NCBI GenBank assembly: GCA_949295035.1
Contig: CASFJO010000013.1
Coordinates: 49,681-113,680, forward strand
From: an uncultured Gemmiger sp.
GTDB taxonomy: Bacteria > Bacillota > Clostridia > Oscillospirales > Ruminococcaceae
Length of the DNA: 64,000 nt
Direction of reading: 5' to 3'
Positions 62,878-64,000 of this stretch are shown here, piece by piece. Made by a program: the position numbers and the translations under genes. Each line of letters opens with the position of its first letter. The stretch's first letter is position 1. The notes under the pieces are model-generated. The model had not been told where the DNA came from and did no database searches. It worked only from the letters and a program-made list of their open reading frames with translations.

Positions 62878-63801
62878 TTACAGGGCGGCGGCCCAGTCGA
62901 GGGCGGCGCTGATCTGCGCGGCGCACTGTTCCACCAACGGGTGATCCTCCGGGGCCAGGGCCGGCAGCGGAGGACGCACACCGCCCAGTTCCAGCCCCTC
63001 ACGCAGACGCAGGATCTCTTTCAATACCGCGTACAAATTCCCCTTACAGGCGCACATGGCATAGATGATCTCGTCGATCCTATACTGTACGGCGGCGGCG
63101 TCTTCCACGCGGCCGGCCCGCAGCAGCGCGTCTGCTTTCAAAAACAGTTCCGGCATAACGGCATAGGTACCGCCGATCCCTCCGTCGGCCCCCATGGCAC
63201 GGCCGCCCACAAACTGCTCATCCGGGCCGTTGAACACAACGAACCCTTCTCCGCCGGCGGCCTTGAACATCTGAATATCCTGCACCGGCATGGAGGAGTT
63301 CTTTACCGCGACAACCCGGGGATTTTCGCACATCTTGCGGAATAAGGGCATGGTCAGCGCCACCCCCGCCAGCTGCGGGATGTTATAGATCACAAAATCG
63401 GTATGGGGGGCGGCAGCGCTCATGGCGTTCCAGTAATCGGCAATGGCCGACTCCGGAAGGTGAAAGTAGATGGGCGGGATCGCCGCTATCGCGTCCACTC
63501 CCAGGCTTTCCGCGTGTCGGGCCAGTTCCACGCTGTCCCGGGTATTGTTGCAGGCAACGTGCGCGATAACCGTGACCTTGCCCCGGGCGACCGCCATCAC
63601 GTTTTCCAGCGTTGTTTTACGGTCGGCCACACTCTGGTAGATACATTCGCCGGAAGAGCCGCCCACATACAGGCCCTTGACCCCTTTCGCGATCAGGTGA
63701 CCGGCAAGCGCGCGCACCCGCTCCGGGCTGACCTCGCCCTCCTCATCATAACAGGCATAAAAGGCGGGGATGACGCCCCGGTATTTTTCTGGATTTCTCA
63801 T
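62878..63801 (-). CDS. nanA: N-acetylneuraminate lyase (DapA/NanA family)
   Basis: 307 aa from ATG 63801, with AAGGAGG upstream. GLYVGGSSGE and Schiff-base lysine region VVAVKNSS. 19 nt upstream of the AGE gene. Confidence 0.8.
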   Translation of the reverse strand: MRNPEKYRGVIPAFYACYDEEGEVSPERVRALAGHLIAKGVKGLYVGGSSGECIYQSVADRKTTLENVMAVARGKVTVIAHVACNNTRDSVELARHAESLGVDAIAAIPPIYFHLPESAIADYWNAMSAAAPHTDFVIYNIPQLAGVALTMPLFRKMCENPRVVAVKNSSMPVQDIQMFKAAGGEGFVVFNGPDEQFVGGRAMGADGGIGGTYAVMPELFLKADALLRAGRVEDAAAVQYRIDEIIYAMCACKGNLYAVLKEILRLREGLELGGVRPPLPALAPEDHPLVEQCAAQISAALDWAAAL

Positions 63802-63835
63802 TGACAATCTTCCTCCTTATCGGCAGGCCGGGCAT

Positions 63836-64000
63836 TTATCCCTTGACCGCGCCCATAGTGATGCCCTGGGTAAAATATTTCTGGAAGCAGATAAACACCG
63901 TCAGGATCGGAATCGCCGCCACCGAAGCGCCCGCCATGATCAGCCCGAAATCGGTGGCCATTTCGGCCTGCAGCTGAGCCAGGCCCAGCGAGATGGTCAG
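63836..64000 (-). CDS. carbohydrate ABC transporter permease, C-terminal 54 codons (partial, runs off the window)
   Basis: The translation ends ...IPILTVFICFQKYFTQGITMGAVKG*, the typical sugar-ABC permease C-terminus. Confidence 0.75.
   Translation of the reverse strand: MTISLGLAQLQAEMATDFGLIMAGASVAAIPILTVFICFQKYFTQGITMGAVKG

Noticed and set aside
1-64000. Window-wide scan for tRNA, rRNA, CRISPR arrays, IS elements, integrases and toxin-antitoxin pairs
   Set aside because: No cloverleaf-like intergenic sequence, rRNA-like segment, repeat-spacer array or recombinase/transposase ORF was seen. The absence was judged by eye only.

Overview
This is a GC-rich, densely coding chromosomal segment. 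Gene content points to an anaerobic Firmicute (Clostridia, Oscillospiraceae/Ruminococcaceae-like); that assignment is an inference, not a computation. I support about 55 protein genes. I saw no rRNA, tRNA, CRISPR array, integrase or transposase. Most of the window is housekeeping: glnA with an ANTAR regulator, dapL, pyrG, rubrerythrin, a DUF4358/MBOAT/DHHW surface-acylation trio, U32 peptidase, mltG, tmk-thyX-pcrA, deoB, pyk, luxS, sfsA, ferredoxin-hcp, a trxB/thioredoxin pair, NrdR-controlled nrdJ, a 2-hydroxyacyl-CoA-dehydratase/activase operon, and a nanA/AGE-epimerase sialic-acid module. The standout is a self-contained seven-gene minus-strand operon at 38908-51773. It has its own promoter, is bracketed by terminators, and three junctions have ATGA/GTGA overlaps. 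It encodes a YehL-type MoxR AAA+ ATPase, a DUF5682 protein, a MIDAS-containing VWA protein, a protein with two SWIM zinc fingers, a 109-aa helical protein and two tandem paralogous DUF4132 giants. As far as I recall it is the counterpart of the uncharacterised E. coli yehLMPQ/yehK/yehI-molR cluster and has no assigned function. Secondary observations: an ANTAR-type attenuator in the glnA leader; two promoter-plus-terminator leaders (candidate riboswitches or sRNAs) upstream of a second Na+-decarboxylase beta subunit and of the dehydratase operon; two orphan OadB/OadG pairs with no carboxyltransferase; a signal-less ricin-type lectin with a KAEPA-repeat tail; a DUF134-NifX fusion with a His/Cys tail; three single-base frameshifts in G/C runs; and a low-GC TnpV/GNAT island at about 59.2-61.6 kb. 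All family calls come from motif recognition by eye, and no searches were run.
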